From Malacoraja senta (Eukaryota), in assembly GCA_038087875.1 (NCBI GenBank), contig JAXLNO010005343.1, positions 124,001-188,000 of the forward strand: 64,000 nt of DNA, read 5' to 3'. Under the pieces are notes generated by a model. It did no database searches, was not told the DNA's origin, and saw only the letters and a list, made by a program, of their open reading frames with translations. The translations under genes and the position numbers were made by a program. Numbering within the stretch: the stretch's first letter is position 1; each line of letters begins with the position of its first letter. Below are positions 62,719-64,000 of this stretch, one piece after another.

Positions 62719-64000
62719 GACAGCGAGAGAAAGAGAGGGACAGGATCGCCGCGAAACGGGAAGGTTAGATCAAGTGTCATAGCAAACATGTGCTGCCTTG
62801 TAATTCTTGGAGTGCACATCGTGGTGCGTCTGCAAGTGGCTGCAGCTTATTTTCGGTTTCCGCAGACATTCAATCTTCCGACAGCTTTTCAAAATCGGAG
62901 CTCGGTGAAAAGAGCACATAGAATAGGGATCAGCAGAGACGTGTGAATTGTGACACGGTTAATGATTCGAAAGCAAAGAATCGGAATAAACAGACACTTC
63001 TCAATGTGGCAGCTCGTGACCAATCAAAATGAAATGATCCTTTATTGATGGATCAATGGATTCGGCAAAGTGGTCAGGTTTAGCGTTGCCTTAAAAATAC
63101 GTGGTGAGTAAGATGTCCCGACAGATGAAATACAATGAGGAAATGCCGTGGCAGATGGTGTACCATGGGGGGAAATTGAAATTATGCACACCCGTAGACA
63201 GACAGTGCACAGGTGCCGATTATATGTTTTAGGGTGAGATATGCGGAAATGTTGATATTCAAAGGTACCTGCAAGTCACCGAAGTCTATTCATTATTCAT
63301 TTCCACCAAACAGTGAGGTTCGACAAGCAAATGGTAAGTTAATGTTAGATACACACAAAAAGCTGGTAGACAAAAATGCCGGAGAAACTCAGCGGGTGAC
63401 GCAGCATCTATGCAGCGAAGGAATAAGGGTCTCGACCCGAAACGTTGCCTGTTCCTTCTCTCCATAGATGCTGCCTCACCCGCTGAGTTTGTCCAGCATT
63501 TTTGTCTACCTTCGATTTTTCCAGCATCAGCAGTTGTTTCTTAAACACAAAAAGCTGGAGTAACTCAGCGGGACGGGCAGCACCTCTGAAGAGAAGGAAT
63601 AGGTGACGTTTCGGGTCGAGACCTTTCTGCAGACTGGTTAGGGATAAGGGAAACGAGAGATATAGACGGTGATGTGGAGAGGTAAAGAACAATGAATGAA
63701 AGCTCTGCAAAACAAGTAACGATGATAAAGGAAACAGGCCATTGTAAGCAGTTTGTAGGGTGTAAATGAGAAGCTGTTGCGACTTGGGTGGGAGAGGGAT
63801 AGAGAGAGAGGGAATGCCGGGGCTACCCGAAGTGAGTTAAATTAATATTCATACCACTGGGGTGCAAGCTGCCCAAGCGAAATATCAGATGCTGTTCCTC
63901 CAATTTGTTATTGCTATAGAATTTCACTACCAGAATGCACTTGTCATCTTACAACAACCTACGGCCTAGTTGAGACCACATCCGGCCTAATTTGTTACAG

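Overview
Vertebrate genomic DNA, almost certainly from a cartilaginous fish and probably a skate or ray. The repeat content points this way: HE1/V-SINE-like SINEs, CR1 LINEs with microsatellite tails, and Penelope-type pieces. About two thirds of the window is repeats: CR1, an L1-clade 3' end, Rex1/Babar, Penelope-like fragments and a decayed hAT transposase. The non-repeat core is a cluster of non-rearranging, germline-joined VJ-type immunoglobulin-superfamily genes, mostly invisible in the ORF track because they are split into phase-1 exons. Gene 1 (+) has a leader (15110-15161), a VJ exon (15329-15640) and an Arg-containing TM exon (22220-22312), which makes it NKp30/NCR3-like. Gene 2 (-) has a leader (36118-36172), a VJ exon (35599-35922, donor deleted) and a downstream C1-set exon (32277-32556, 1-nt frameshift), i.e. 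a VJ-C1 antigen-receptor-like design. Two further leader+VJ cassettes (46387-46933 and 55860-56408, -) lie in a near-identical 9.45-kb tandem duplication with a GCCG microhomology junction. I found no C1 exon or clean TM exon belonging to these two cassettes. A 135-N gap and many homopolymer indels show imperfect assembly, so frameshift calls are tentative. All exon models were derived by hand from splice signals and translation. No database search was possible, and repeat boundaries are approximate.
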